DNA from: Selaginella moellendorffii | Lineage: Eukaryota > Plantae > Lycopodiophyta | DNA length: 64,000 nt | Direction: 5' to 3' | NCBI RefSeq assembly: GCF_000143415.4 | Contig: NW_003314298.1 | Location: 186,001 to 250,000 of the forward strand | Shown: piece by piece, positions 1-11,800 of the stretch | Layout of the letters: each line of letters starts with the position of its first letter | Numbering within the stretch: position 1 is the first letter of the stretch | Program-made: the position numbers and the translations under genes | The notes under the pieces: model-generated | The model's database searches: none | Told to the model about the DNA's origin: nothing | The model's input: the letters and a program-made list of their open reading frames with translations, nothing else

Positions 1-416
1 GACCCAAGATAAAATCCAAGATGGACTTGAGATGGAGTCTGAGATGGACTCCGAAATGGACCCGAGATGGAGTCTGAGATGGACCCGAGATGGACCCGAG
101 ATGGAGTCTGAGATGGACCCAAGATGGAGTCCGAGATGGACCCGAGATGGAGTCTGAGATGGACCCGAGATGGAGTCCGAGATGGACCCGAGATGGAGTC
201 TGAGATAGACCCGAGATGGAGTTCGAGATGGAGTCTGAGATGGACCCGAGATGGAGTTCGAGATGGAACCGAGACCGAGACCGAGACCAAGACCAAGACC
301 AAGTCCGAGTCTGAGACTGAGACCGAGTCCAAGTCCGAGTCTGAGACTGAGACCGAGTCCAAGTCCGAGTCTGAGTCTGAGTTTGAGTCCGAGTCTGAGT
401 CTGAGTCCAAGTCTGA
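1..416. repeat. Degenerate tandem repeat: alternating GAGATGGACCC / GAGATGGAGTCY units, then GAGWCY hexamers
   Basis: Directly visible; accounts for the low-complexity ORFs at 124-423 and 251-556. Confidence 0.95.
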
Positions 417-1407
417 ATACTAATACAGGCTGTTGGGTGAAAGCCCAGAGCGATCGTCCCCCGGGGGGGGGCTCCAAAAGTATAGTAGGGAGAGTGTGGG
501 GGTTACCCCAGTGGAGCCAATTTGGCTCAGAAAGGTTGTACCCAAGTGTTGGGTGATGGGATAACCACTGGAAAGTCTAAGGCTAGAGTGAATATGGACT
601 AACAAGTGGGGTAGCTTGGTGAAGTATTCAAGAGCCGACTCTAATTCCCTCGAGAGATCAAATGGTCGATGCTCCCAGTCCAAGTGTGGGTGGCACTACC
701 TACTTAGATACCTGGCGTGGCTCAACAGAACCTTGCTCTAAGACCATGGCTAGAGCACCCAAAGGCGGAAGGCAAAGAGAGTACCCACAAGGCTTGCGTA
801 GGGCCACGGTGTTCCGAAATGTTGTCCCAAAGTCCCAGATTGTGGAGAGGAAGAGGAGCAGTCCTCGGGTGTAGTGACCAAAGATATGGTCATGTGGTGA
901 GGAAGTCCCAGAGGACTGTAAGACTCAGTGGTCAAACCTGTGGGCCTTGATTCAGAGGCAGTGTTGGTGAACATGGCTATGGACAGAAAGGGACTTGGTG
1001 GGGACTGAAAAAGGGATATTGGGGAAGGCTATTCCCCATATCTATAGGCATCTTAAAGATGCTAAGGAGTGGATCTGGGATAATCACTCATGGATGGATG
1101 GCTCAGTCTTTGAGAGATGGGACTATGATGCAGATGGTGTTAGACCACCGGTGTGACTAAGGTAAAGGGGCATGGCTTTAGCATAACGGGCTGATATGTC
1201 AGTGGTACCTTGGGTTGTCGGTCATGGGCCTGGACACATGGAACACTTAGACCAAGTGCAAAGGTTGAGTGGCAAGGATGCCATTCTTGGGGCTAGCAAG
1301 TCCCCAAGTCCGGAATAGGACTTGTGAAGGTTGTGAGTGAGACTCCTCCAAGTGATCGAAGGTGTGAATAAGTGACTAAAGTAGAATGGAAAATTTAGTC
1401 ATTTACA
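1..1407. mobile_element. LTR of family X (left end outside window), inserted in the PBS region of gypsy-A copy 1
   Basis: Shares with the TSD-flanked solo LTR at 5902-7101 the GAG-based satellite, the block TACTAATACA..GGTGAAAGCCCA..CCGGGGGGGG..CAAAAGTATAGTA, and the terminus GGAAAATTT..TTTACA. After 1407 the sequence resumes at GAGGTGCACCTTTGA, the gypsy-A sequence just after its PBS. Confidence 0.7.
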
Positions 1408-4400
1408 GAGGTGCACCTTTGATTGTCCTTGAGGAGTACTTGGATTTGGGATTTTGGTTTACATCTAACTTTTGCATTGTCTAAATCTAGTTTTTTCCAT
1501 TTCCTTTCTTTTGTTCTTTTCTTTCAGGATTTTGGTTTAAATCTAGCTTTTTGCATTGTTTAGATCTCCCTTTTTTTTCTAGCTTTTTATCATTTCTCTT
1601 CTTTTGCTCTTTCATTTTCGTTCGTCTTTATGGTAGATCAACAATCTCTTCCTTTGACTCTAGAGCAATAGTTGGTACAATTGCTTGATGCTATGTGCTT
1701 GCAATTGAACAACTAAACTTAGTTGATGGTGGCATTCATGGCATATGGTACAACTCCTCCTACTCTTGGTGCCAATCCTCGCGTTCAGCCGGAGTTCTTT
1801 CACGGGAGTCTTGGGGATGATGTGTACCATTGGTTTGATCACTTCACAGTGATTGCCACATATCATTCTTGGGATGATGCTTGATATTTGGGTGAGTTTC
1901 CAATGTGTCTCCAAGGGATGGTATTGCAGTGGTACAATGGTTTAAGTGCAACCACTCATAGAGATTGGAGTTGTTCTTTTGAACGTCTTCAAATGCGCAT
2001 TCGGACATCCCGACGATTGTGATGATATTTTCCAACAAATGCATTGTCTTTGCCAAGGGCCATTTGAGTCAATGCAATTTGGCATTTGTTTCCGAAGTTC
2101 TTTGCTTCATGCAGAGCCAAATATGTCAGAGTGGATCAAGCTAGGAATGTTGTGGCTAGCACTTTGTCAAGATCTTGTCGGACTTGTGCATGCACTTGCT
2201 CCTGCCACCCTTGACAATGCTCTTCACTTGGCACAACGTTATGAGACATCGCTTCTTCCACTTCTCACTGCATATCTTTTAGTTCCACTTCCTATGGGTT
2301 ATTCCAATGGAGGTTGATGCTGCTGCTACTCAAGTTCAAGGACAAAGGCAAAGCTGTGGTCATGGCCGTGATGTTCATTGCTAGGTGTGTGATAAAGTTG
2401 GTCACACTTATTGGTGTTGTAGGCGTTTTCCAGATTGGTAGGCACCATTTCCTGGGTGGAGACCTTGGCATCAACAACGTCTTATTGATGCTGCTGTAGT
2501 GGAAAGTTTGAACACTGAGATGTAACCGGGAAACGAGGAGTCACGTGAGTAATTGAGGGACCTTGCGCAAATAAGTCAGTGACCCTTCTATCTTTCTTTT
2601 GGGAGTATCATCAAAGGGTTCACTCGGCACCAATTCATCCAGTGTTTACTTTCCAAACTCGTTTTTATAACAAACGGTCTCCTATTATTCTCTGTGTGTT
2701 GGTTGATATAGGTTTGAGTTTATTTTCTATTGCTTGATCTGTTGCCACATGTTGTTATCTACACTTGCATCATGCGGTGGAGCCAGTTTTCATTCTTTAT
2801 GGCAACAGCCGCACATATGCATGTGCACAGGATGAGGCGGATTTGGTTGTATGTGTGGGTGATCTCAAGTTTAGATTGCAATTATTGCGGGTGGTGCCAA
2901 GTCAAACTTTTGACCTCATCCTTGGTATGGATTGGTTGCATTGTAATCATACCAAGTATGACTTTGAGGCTTCTCCCCCTTGTCTCATACTACCTTATAT
3001 TTCATCCATTCCTTTCACTTCAGTACTTCTTCGTTCCTCTGCTTCTACCTTTGCTTCAATTACTTTTGTCCCCCCATTCCTTCCTCTTATGTTTCCATCT
3101 TGTTCTGCTCTTCCCTTTTCCGACTCTAACAATCTTTGTGTTGTAGCGGTTGACAGGCTCATAAAGGAGTATTTTGATTTCTTTGAATTTAACCTATCAT
3201 CAAGGGCCAAGATTGCAATATGTCATCCTATTCCAACCAGGGATGCACGTCCAATCAATGTTCTTATTCATCATTAGTCACCCAAAGAAATCAAGATTTT
3301 ATGTGCAAACGTCAAGGAGATGTTGGAGAAGGGTGTTATTCTGAAGTCATGAAGTCCTTGGGCATGTGAACCTCATCTTGTGATGAAGCTTGATGGGAGT
3401 ATTCATTTTTGCATTGACTATCATCCGTTAAACGAAGTGACGATTTCAGATGTCTACCCTCTTCCTCACACTGCTGTTCTCTTGGATCATCTGGGGTGAA
3501 GTCGTTAGTTCACCAAGTTAGATCTTGCTTCTGGGTACTGGTAAGTACCGATGGCTGAAGAAAATATTCCTAAGACTACTTTTCGTACACCGTTTGGTTT
3601 GTATGAGTTCTTAGTGATGCCGTTTGGTTTGAACAATGCTTTAGTAACTTTCCAACAGATGATAGATGAGGTTATTTGTGATATGCCAAAGGTGATTGTT
3701 AATTTTATTGATGATGTCTTGATTCACTCGGAGGGGACATGGGAAGAGCACATTCATGATGTTTGTAAAGTGTTGGATCAGCTACGAGATGTTGGTTTAA
3801 AGTTGGAGCAGTCGAAGTGCGTATTTGGGTCCAAAGACATGACTTATCTTGGGTACTGTACTTCTCGTGAGGGTTTTGCAAGTTGATTTTGACAAACTTG
3901 TGGCTGTTCTAAAGTTCCTTACTCCGAAGTGTGTGAATGATGTGCAACGCTTCCTAGGCAAGGTGCAGTATCTCGGTTGTTTTGTGAATCATCTTTTTGA
4001 TTGCAGTACACCATTGCGAGCATTGCTGAAGTTATCAATATCATCTTTTATCTGGTCTCCGGATTGTGAGTGGGCGTTTGGGGATCTCAAAGAGTTGTTG
4101 ACGACTCCTTCGGTTTTGGCATATCTTGACTACACTCGACCTTTTATTTTGTGCGTGGATGCTTCTAATATTGGTTTTGGAGGTGTGTTGATGCAAGAAA
4201 GCCTAAATGTGCTTGGTCAGCATCATCCCATTGCGTATATAAGCTGTACATTATAATCAGCAGAGGTGAACCAGAGGAGTGTTTAAAATTAGTTTGGGGT
4301 TTCAAGAAACTTCATACATATTTACATAGTTCTTGGATGTTACTTGAAGGTGATCATGGTGCTATTACTTCATTATTGAAGCGAAAGAATCTGGTTGGTC

Positions 4401-5901
4401 ATACTACTTGGTGAGCTTTGAAGCTTTAGATATATGATTTTGATGTTGTTCATTGCTCTGGAAGTTCTATGATTGATGTTGATGCTCTTTCTTGAGCTTC
4501 TCTTCCTTTTCCACTCTCTTTTCAGTTTCTGATGAGCTTGTTGTTCCAACATCTATGGATTTTTTAGATGCAGGCTTTGGGATGGGTTTGAGAAATCTTG
4601 CATCACTTGCTGATGACTTTCCATTCTGACATTTACATTCTTAGTATCGCCTTAAAGATGGCCTTTTTTATTTTGTAGGGATGGATTCTGATGATCATTT
4701 ACGGTTGGTGGTGCCTTTTATCTTTATTCTGCGGTTTCTCCATGCCTACCATGATTCTCCTGTTCTAGGTGGGCATATGGGACATCGTCATGTAACCGAG
4801 AAGCTACACAGATCTTTCTATTGGCCAAAGATGCAACGTGATATTATCCAGTATGTGCGTAACTATGTTTGGTGCCAAGTTTGTAATACCGCCCCCCGCC
4901 CCCCCCTGCCCCCTTTGTGCTGCGAAAGGACGGTTAAAAGTCAATAGCAGTTTCCCGTCTATTTGTGTTAGTGGCGTTTGAATTTATGGGACCTTTTCCA
5001 CAGTCGATTGCTGACAATGAGTATATTATTATTGCTTCTAACCACTTGATTCATTATATGAAAGTTGGTGCTCTTACTAGCGCCTCTGCAACTGCTGTTG
5101 GATACTTCCTCTTCAATTGAGTGGTGTTCCAACATTCTTCTCCAAAGTGGATTCTTTCGGAAAATGGTCCCGCATTTATGGTTGAGGCATTTCATGTTTT
5201 GACGTCTTAATTGGGGATATGCCACACTTTCATGAGTGCTTATCATCCATAATCAGACAATCTAGTGGAACGGCTCGTTCGAATGTTCAAAGGGATGATC
5301 GTGAAATATATGAACTTTCAGCAGTTGGATTGGGATGGTTATTTTCTGTCTCTTCGGTATGCATATATCACAGGGGTGCAAAGTTCTATTGATGCTTCAC
5401 CATATAAACTCCTAAATGGTCATGATCCAATATTACCAATAGAGTTGGGTTTACCTTCGCAATTGCCACGAGCTGCCGATGTTAGGTTGTGGGATCATTT
5501 TTCCACTTGTCTGAGCAGAATCTGTTGAACACTTAGGCCGCGTATAAGTAAGACAACAATGGCACTACAACTCCCATCATCGTCCACCTGCGGAGTACAA
5601 AGTGGATGACTTGGTGTTAGTCTATTTTCCCCATCTTATGCTACATGGTTTATCTAAGAGGCTCGTTGCTGAGTGGAAAGGAACGTATTGAGTGTTGCGG
5701 CAAGTTGGACCACAAGTTTATGAGGTTTGGCATGATGTCTAGCAAGCCAATCCTCTAGAGATTGTGCATGTGTAGTGGTTGAAACGCTTCATACAAAGGG
5801 ATTAAGAGCAGTTAATACCACTTACAAATCCGCCAATGCCTCCTCCTGACATTCCTCTAGATCCCGGCCTATCTACAAGAGAACCCTGATGGTCTTCTAT
5901 T

Positions 5902-7101
5902 TGTAAGGAACCAACTCCTTGAGGGTCATAGGCTAAAGGATCCCCGAAAGCATGACCGAAATGACAAAGAGTTCATTGGATGGGATTGAGTCTGAGATCG
6001 AGTCCAAGACCGACTCTGAGACTGAGTTTGAGATAGAGTCCGGGATCAAGTCCAAGGCTGACTCAGAGACTGAGTTTGAGATAGAGTCCGGGATCGAGTC
6101 CAAGGCTGACTCAGAGACTGAGTTCGAGACCGAGTTCGAGATAGAGTCTGAGATCCAGGATCGGGTCCAAGACCGAGTCCGAGATCGAGTCCGAAGTCAA
6201 GTCTGAGATCAGGTCCGAGGTCGAGTCTGAGATCGAGTCCGAGATCAAGTCCGAAGTCGGGCCCGAGATCGAGTCCGAGATCGAGTCCGAGACTGAGTCC
6301 GAGTACTAATACAAGTCAAGGGGTGAAAGCCCAAAGTGTGTGTCTCCCGGGGGGGGGGGGTGTAGAGGGTTTCAAAAGTATAGTATGGTAGGGGATAGTG
6401 AGGTCCAGGAACCAATCTTGAAGGAACTCTCCAGTAGTGCTTCCAAACTGACTTGAGGTTGAGACTGGGGCTGAGGGGCCTTGGGTGGGAGTGAGCATGG
6501 ACTCGGGTGGTGCCGGAGGGGTCACCCAAGGAAGTGCTCAAGAGCAACTCCCATTTTCGAAAGGGAAACTGATTGTAGTGCTCCTAGCTCATGTGGAGTG
6601 GTGCCCCACTTGAGTACCTTCCGGCTTATTGGTCCTCACCCTTCCTAGGGGCTTGGGCCTTCCCTTCGGGATGGAAGTGCGGGGGTAGAAGTACCCATAC
6701 CGGGCCATTAGGCCACGGTGTTTTGCTTTGGTGTCCCAAAACAAGTGTTGCACCCAAGGCTTGGGATTTAGAGGGTCCTATGATCAAGTCTTGTTATACC
6801 AAGGGATGTTAGGAACCTAGACGCTTGGTGTGTTTGGCTGCTTATGCCTGTGGGGAGTGTAACCGAACCTTAAGTCTAGTCTAACCCGGGGAGCGAGATT
6901 GGGAGAGATTTATGAATTCGTGGATGGATGGCTAACACTCTATTACTCGTGTAGTGAGTAGCTAAAACCAAGTAGGACCAAGTAGAAGTTGGTGCACTAG
7001 GCAGGAACTTTGGTGAGGGAACTTAGCTAAAGTCAATGTGGTGTTGATCGGATAAACAAGGTAAGTTGGCAAAGTGAAAAGGAAAAATTTGTGGTTTTAC
7101 A
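5902..7101. mobile_element. Solo LTR of family X (1200 bp) with 5-bp TSD CTATT
   Basis: Termini TGTAAGGAACC...GGTTTTACA, with CTATT at 5897-5901 and 7102-7106. Removing it restores the gypsy-A sequence seen uninterrupted at about 55010-55050 (minus). Confidence 0.9.
5987..6304. repeat. Hexamer/dodecamer satellite (GAGTCC/GAGATC/GAGACT) inside solo LTR X
   Basis: Directly visible tandem units. Confidence 0.95.
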
Positions 7102-7356
7102 CTATTATTCTGAGAGGAGGGAATGATGTGAGGGCCAACTATATGGCTACAATGCCGTACACTAGTATTATCGTAGTGGGATTTTGGTAACCATTGGATT
7201 GGTTTTAATCTGGACCACTCACTCCTATATATAAGCTAGGGTTTTTGGGCTAATTGATATGCACATTCTTTGGATCTAACCTTTGTCACTTTAACAGATT
7301 TGTCAATAGGTATTAGGTCTTCCAGACCTTCCCTTTCCTTATTCCATGCACTCACA

Positions 7357-8815
7357 AAATCAAAATTTAAAAAATTATAAATTCTAACTATTATGTTATA
7401 AAATATTTTTAGAACCAAGATAAACATATCTACCATAACTCAAAAAATTCTTAAGTCAATGATATTTTTAAACTTAAATAAAAGTTTCCAGTAAAAAAGA
7501 CTAATTTGTAAAAACAACAATATATATTTTTAAGATATTTTCTGTATAAACTCTATATATACTGTATTTTTATCTCTGTTATATACTATAGACAGTCTAT
7601 ACATATTTATAAAGTTATCACCAAAAACCAAGAAATATATTATCTTTAGTTCTAAATAATATGAAAATTCAAAATTTAAAGAAAGCAGAAGATTCAAATA
7701 TAAAAAGCATATCCAAATATCTTGAGACAAAAACAAATAATTTGTTTAGCATTAAAAATGCATGATGACATACAACATTTGCAGGCTAGTTGATAGCATT
7801 CGCAAGAGCTATTAATAAACTTTGACGGAATCTCCAACCAAAGAAATGATTATTCGTTCCAAACCCTGATCTAAGCTCTCATTATCAAAACCAAGTGAAA
7901 ACAAAGCCACTTCACTAAGTACCTGCTGGAAGCCCTCACAAGTATCATTTGGCTGGAAGTTGTGCTTGGCCTTTGAACAACAATATCGAGAAAATGGGGA
8001 TATATATTGCAAAAACAAAAAACATAAAACAGATGAATTCTTAATTTATTCTTGGGGTACCCAAACATGTTCCCGCCCACCCGCCCTTATTAAACAGCTG
8101 CCTCCAAATCGTTGCACTAGAAACAGGTTCTTCCAGTCCTTCATGCAAATCCACATACCACCTCTGACTGACCACCATACCATATACGCACGTCAAAATC
8201 GAAGAAGACTTGAAGAAGTAACCTACCAACAGATGGCTGAAGTTCACCTGTTTTCCTCCTCCAATGATAGTAACAAGCAGATTGCAATAACGAAGTGAAA
8301 ACCATGTAAGTACCTGTTCACCAAAAGAAACACGAGCTCGAAATCCCAGGCTGTCTGCTACAGGTTGAAATCAGAAACAGTCCAATTCGCTGAGCCAATC
8401 AGAAGATAACACTGAGCCCGTGAAGACATGTTCTCGCTGCAGGTGCCACCCAAACAAACTTGATAGCAGCAGCTGCATCCAACAGCAGAAGCGTACAAAA
8501 ATGGTCACATATGCAAGACACAGATCTTCAGAAACCAAAACATGTCGAAATTTTCGTAAACATTGCTCGACCCAGAAGATATCCAGGATCACGTCGATGC
8601 ACACTCGCAAAGAAAATCCAACCACTCGCAACATGCGGTCGCCGAATTGAAGCAAATGAAGAACCTCCCGAAAGCCGTGTGAGTATGAAGCCTGATGTCT
8701 GTAGAGACCTCACAGCAGCATATCCTCAAGAATAAGGTCGCAAAAAGCACATAAACCATAAAAGGCTCCCCTGCTGCAGATGCCGCCTAAAAAAAGAGGG
8801 TAATTGCGGCAAGCA
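7357..8815 (-). repeat. Dispersed duplicated unit U, copy 1 (gene-like GC-richer part plus AT-rich tail; product unidentified)
   Basis: Reverse-complement match to 23461-25050 and 53013-54350; shared ORF-track peptides MKTCSRCRCHPNKLDSSSCIQ and MQIHIPPLTDH. Confidence 0.9.
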
Positions 8816-8826
8816 CACGAAGGCTA

Positions 8827-11800
8827 GGCTTTTATACAAAGAGGAAATATTCCAGGAATCAGATATTCCTATAGCTCTAAGCTACACTCCACATCCCAAC
8901 AGGTGACCACAGGGGATCGAGTAGACTCCGGCATGAAGAGGATCCACAATGAAGTGCTGCATGGCTGTCGGTGTTGCAAGAAAAGTGAAAGAGAAATAGA
9001 AAAGAGGAGGAGAAACGTTTGAGGCCAGAGGGAAAAACTTAGTGGGAAACTCTATAATCAAACTTGACCCTTGTAGAGCAAGAGAAAGAAAATGGGGAAG
9101 AAAAAGAAAGAGGAAAACAAAGTGTAAAAGTGATTGTAAAAGGGTAAAAGAAAGAAAGAAGTAGTGGAAAAAGACTTGGAGGTTTGCGCATGGGACGATT
9201 GTTTTTCAACAAACAATTCTACTGCCAGATATCCCAAGGAGTTCTTCTTCGATGTGTTGCAGAGCATGAGATCCCGGCACTTCACTCCTGTACCAGACAC
9301 TTCTCAGGGTGAATCACAGCACAGCTCCTCCTGTGACATGGTTACAATTGGCCACAACTTCATCAAGACACTCTCAAGTATGCACGTTCATATGACAAGT
9401 GCCAAAGGTTCAATCCACAAAACCACATCGCACGTCTTCCAGTCCAGCTGGTGACATCTTCTGGGGACTTGATCATATTGGTCCCATCTCACCACCAAGC
9501 CCCCAAGGACATTGCTACTTGCTCATTGTAATAGATTACTTCACAAAGTGGGTTGAGGTTGTTCCCTTGTCACATGCAGATCAGGCTTCCACAACAAAGT
9601 TCCTGTACAAACACATCATTTGCCATTTTGTAGTACCTGCCATTCTAGTTTCTGATCGCAACAGTGCCTTCCTTGGCCGAGTTGTTGCACACCTCTTCGG
9701 GCAGCTCCACATCCAGCACGTTTGCAGCATTAGCTACTACCCACAAAGCAATGGCCAAGCTGAGTCTAGCAACAAAATCCTCAAGGCAGTTCTTTCGAAG
9801 CTCGTCAAGGATCATCCACACTGGTGGCATGAATATTTGATCATTGCACTCTGGGCTTTCAGGACATCTTTCAAGACATCCATCTCAGCAACTCCTTTCT
9901 CCTTGGTCTATGGCACTGAGGCAATACTCCCAGTGGAGTTCCAGGTACCATCTCTTGCATTGTCATTGTGCCATGCTGCAGATTTCCAGCTCTCCGATGA
10001 CATAAAACTTCATGCTCATGACATAGACATTCTTGCTCTTGATGAGCAACGTAGGGTCTCAGCTGAGCAACTTCTTGCTGCAAAGAACAAGCTAAAAGTG
10101 GCCATCAATGCCAAAGTTCCAGGAGCCGCCCTCTATTTTCCTGAACAGCTCAAGGACTTCACTCCCTCTTCCAAGTTTTCTCTATAGTGGCTTGGCCCCT
10201 ATTTCATCCAGCACCAAGTGGAGGGAGGTTCCTACATACTTGCAAATGAGACTGGCTGTGAGCTTCTGCATGCTTGCAATCATCACCACCTCAAACTGTT
10301 TATTCAGTGACATCTTTCCTCTTTCTCTCTTTTTCCTCATTTCTCTTCACTTTGGTTTACCTTTTTCTTTTATTTTTCCTTTTGTCAGGCTCTAATGCCT
10401 TGGGCTTTGAGTTCCAGTTTGGATCAACTCCAATTGTGATGAGCTCTTTCAAATTCTCGGTTAGTTCTCAACCTTTTCGGGGTTCAAAATCTTCACTTCA
10501 TACCACCATCTATCACTGTTAACATCATCAAGTCACAACCCCAAATCACATACCATTCTCCCCGCACACTATTGCCCATTACTTGCTATAGATACCCATA
10601 TTGGGATCTTAGCAATTTCATCCACTTTTTCTCCATATTTTTCAATATGCATTTCTATTACTTCACTATGGCTATAAATACCTCTCTATAGCAGCAAAGA
10701 TCATCCAAATTAGATGTGTTATTTACAAGTTATAACTGAGACTTTACACCATTGTGACATAACATCACTTTTGGAGCGGTTTTTCTTTGAGCCAGCACCA
10801 TCCAGCACATGGAGAGCGTCTAGGCCACTTTCTTGAGCAAGCTGCCAGCTACCAACACTTTTTTCCAGCTCTAGGCCATCTGTGGACAAATACCATTACC
10901 AACAAAGCAATGTTTTCACCACTTGAGCTGTTGATAGTAGCTGCAACTTTCAGTTTCAGACCGTCACTAACATCATACATCTCTCCACCACCACGGCCAT
11001 CCATTCCCATTCTCTTGGCCACTACCATTCCCTTGCGTTTTCACAAACTTTTCTCAGTTCCACACTTACCACCAATGGACAATGCATTCTTCACCGTTGT
11101 TCATACCCAAAACCTTTGAGGACAACCCAAGAGCTTGTTTGAGGAACTTCATCAGCTTTGGCAAGTTTTTGTCCAGTGACAACACTCGCTCTTGTTTGCA
11201 CTAATTCATTGTCCACCACAGTTAGGGCAACCTTTCAACATCTATGTCACAGTCAGAGTTGACACTTTTGGAGTTTGTCTATGTCAATGTTCTGGACCTG
11301 ACCAGCCAAGCCACAAATAAAGAGGCTGGGCTGTCTTTGCTTGCAGTCACTGCTCTCCCATCAAAGGTGGTGGACACTGTGGGGTATGTTTCTGTTGCTG
11401 CTATATTGTGGGAGGTCTTCCACATAAGGGGCATGATCAATGAGAAGAGATGTTGGTGGAAAAGCCTCAACCTGAAATATTGACAATTCCTCAATTTGGA
11501 AATCGAGCTCATTTGGTTGTGTGCCCACAGCAAAGAGCAGCCAAGCCTCTGTGGTGATGGTGTTGCACTGGAATATATCATACTTGGGCTGTGACAATCA
11601 ACTCTGGGAAGACAACAGTCAGTGCATGAGGAAACCGTGCTATAGAAGGATGAGAGGAGATCGTCTATCACTGATGTGGAGTGTCAACCTTTCACTAGAG
11701 CTGATGTTCCTTGGGATGGTCATGAGCATTGTAAAGAGAAGAAGTGGTGTGACCATTGCTGATATCCATCTTGCCAAGTGGCCAGTTCGTGATACATTGA

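Larger units (their letters stand above)
1408..7356 (+). mobile_element. Ty3/gypsy family A, decayed copy 1 (gag about 1630-2552, pol about 2528-5889, PPT about 7112-7126, 3' LTR 7127-7356)
   Basis: Collinear with the complete element at 54834-59843. RT ([27 protein letters not shown]), RNase H (DAS) and integrase remnants, with many stops and frameshifts. The LTR TGTGAG..CTCACA carries about 56 extra bp. Confidence 0.95.

Noticed and set aside
124-556. ORFs rich in ES/ET or PR/PS dipeptides (also 5952-6206)
   Set aside because: Translation artefacts of the hexamer satellite.
1-7101. A single full-length element with X LTRs around gag-pol
   Set aside because: The second X LTR has its own TSD on both sides, the two X LTRs are strongly diverged, and the internal region belongs to family A.
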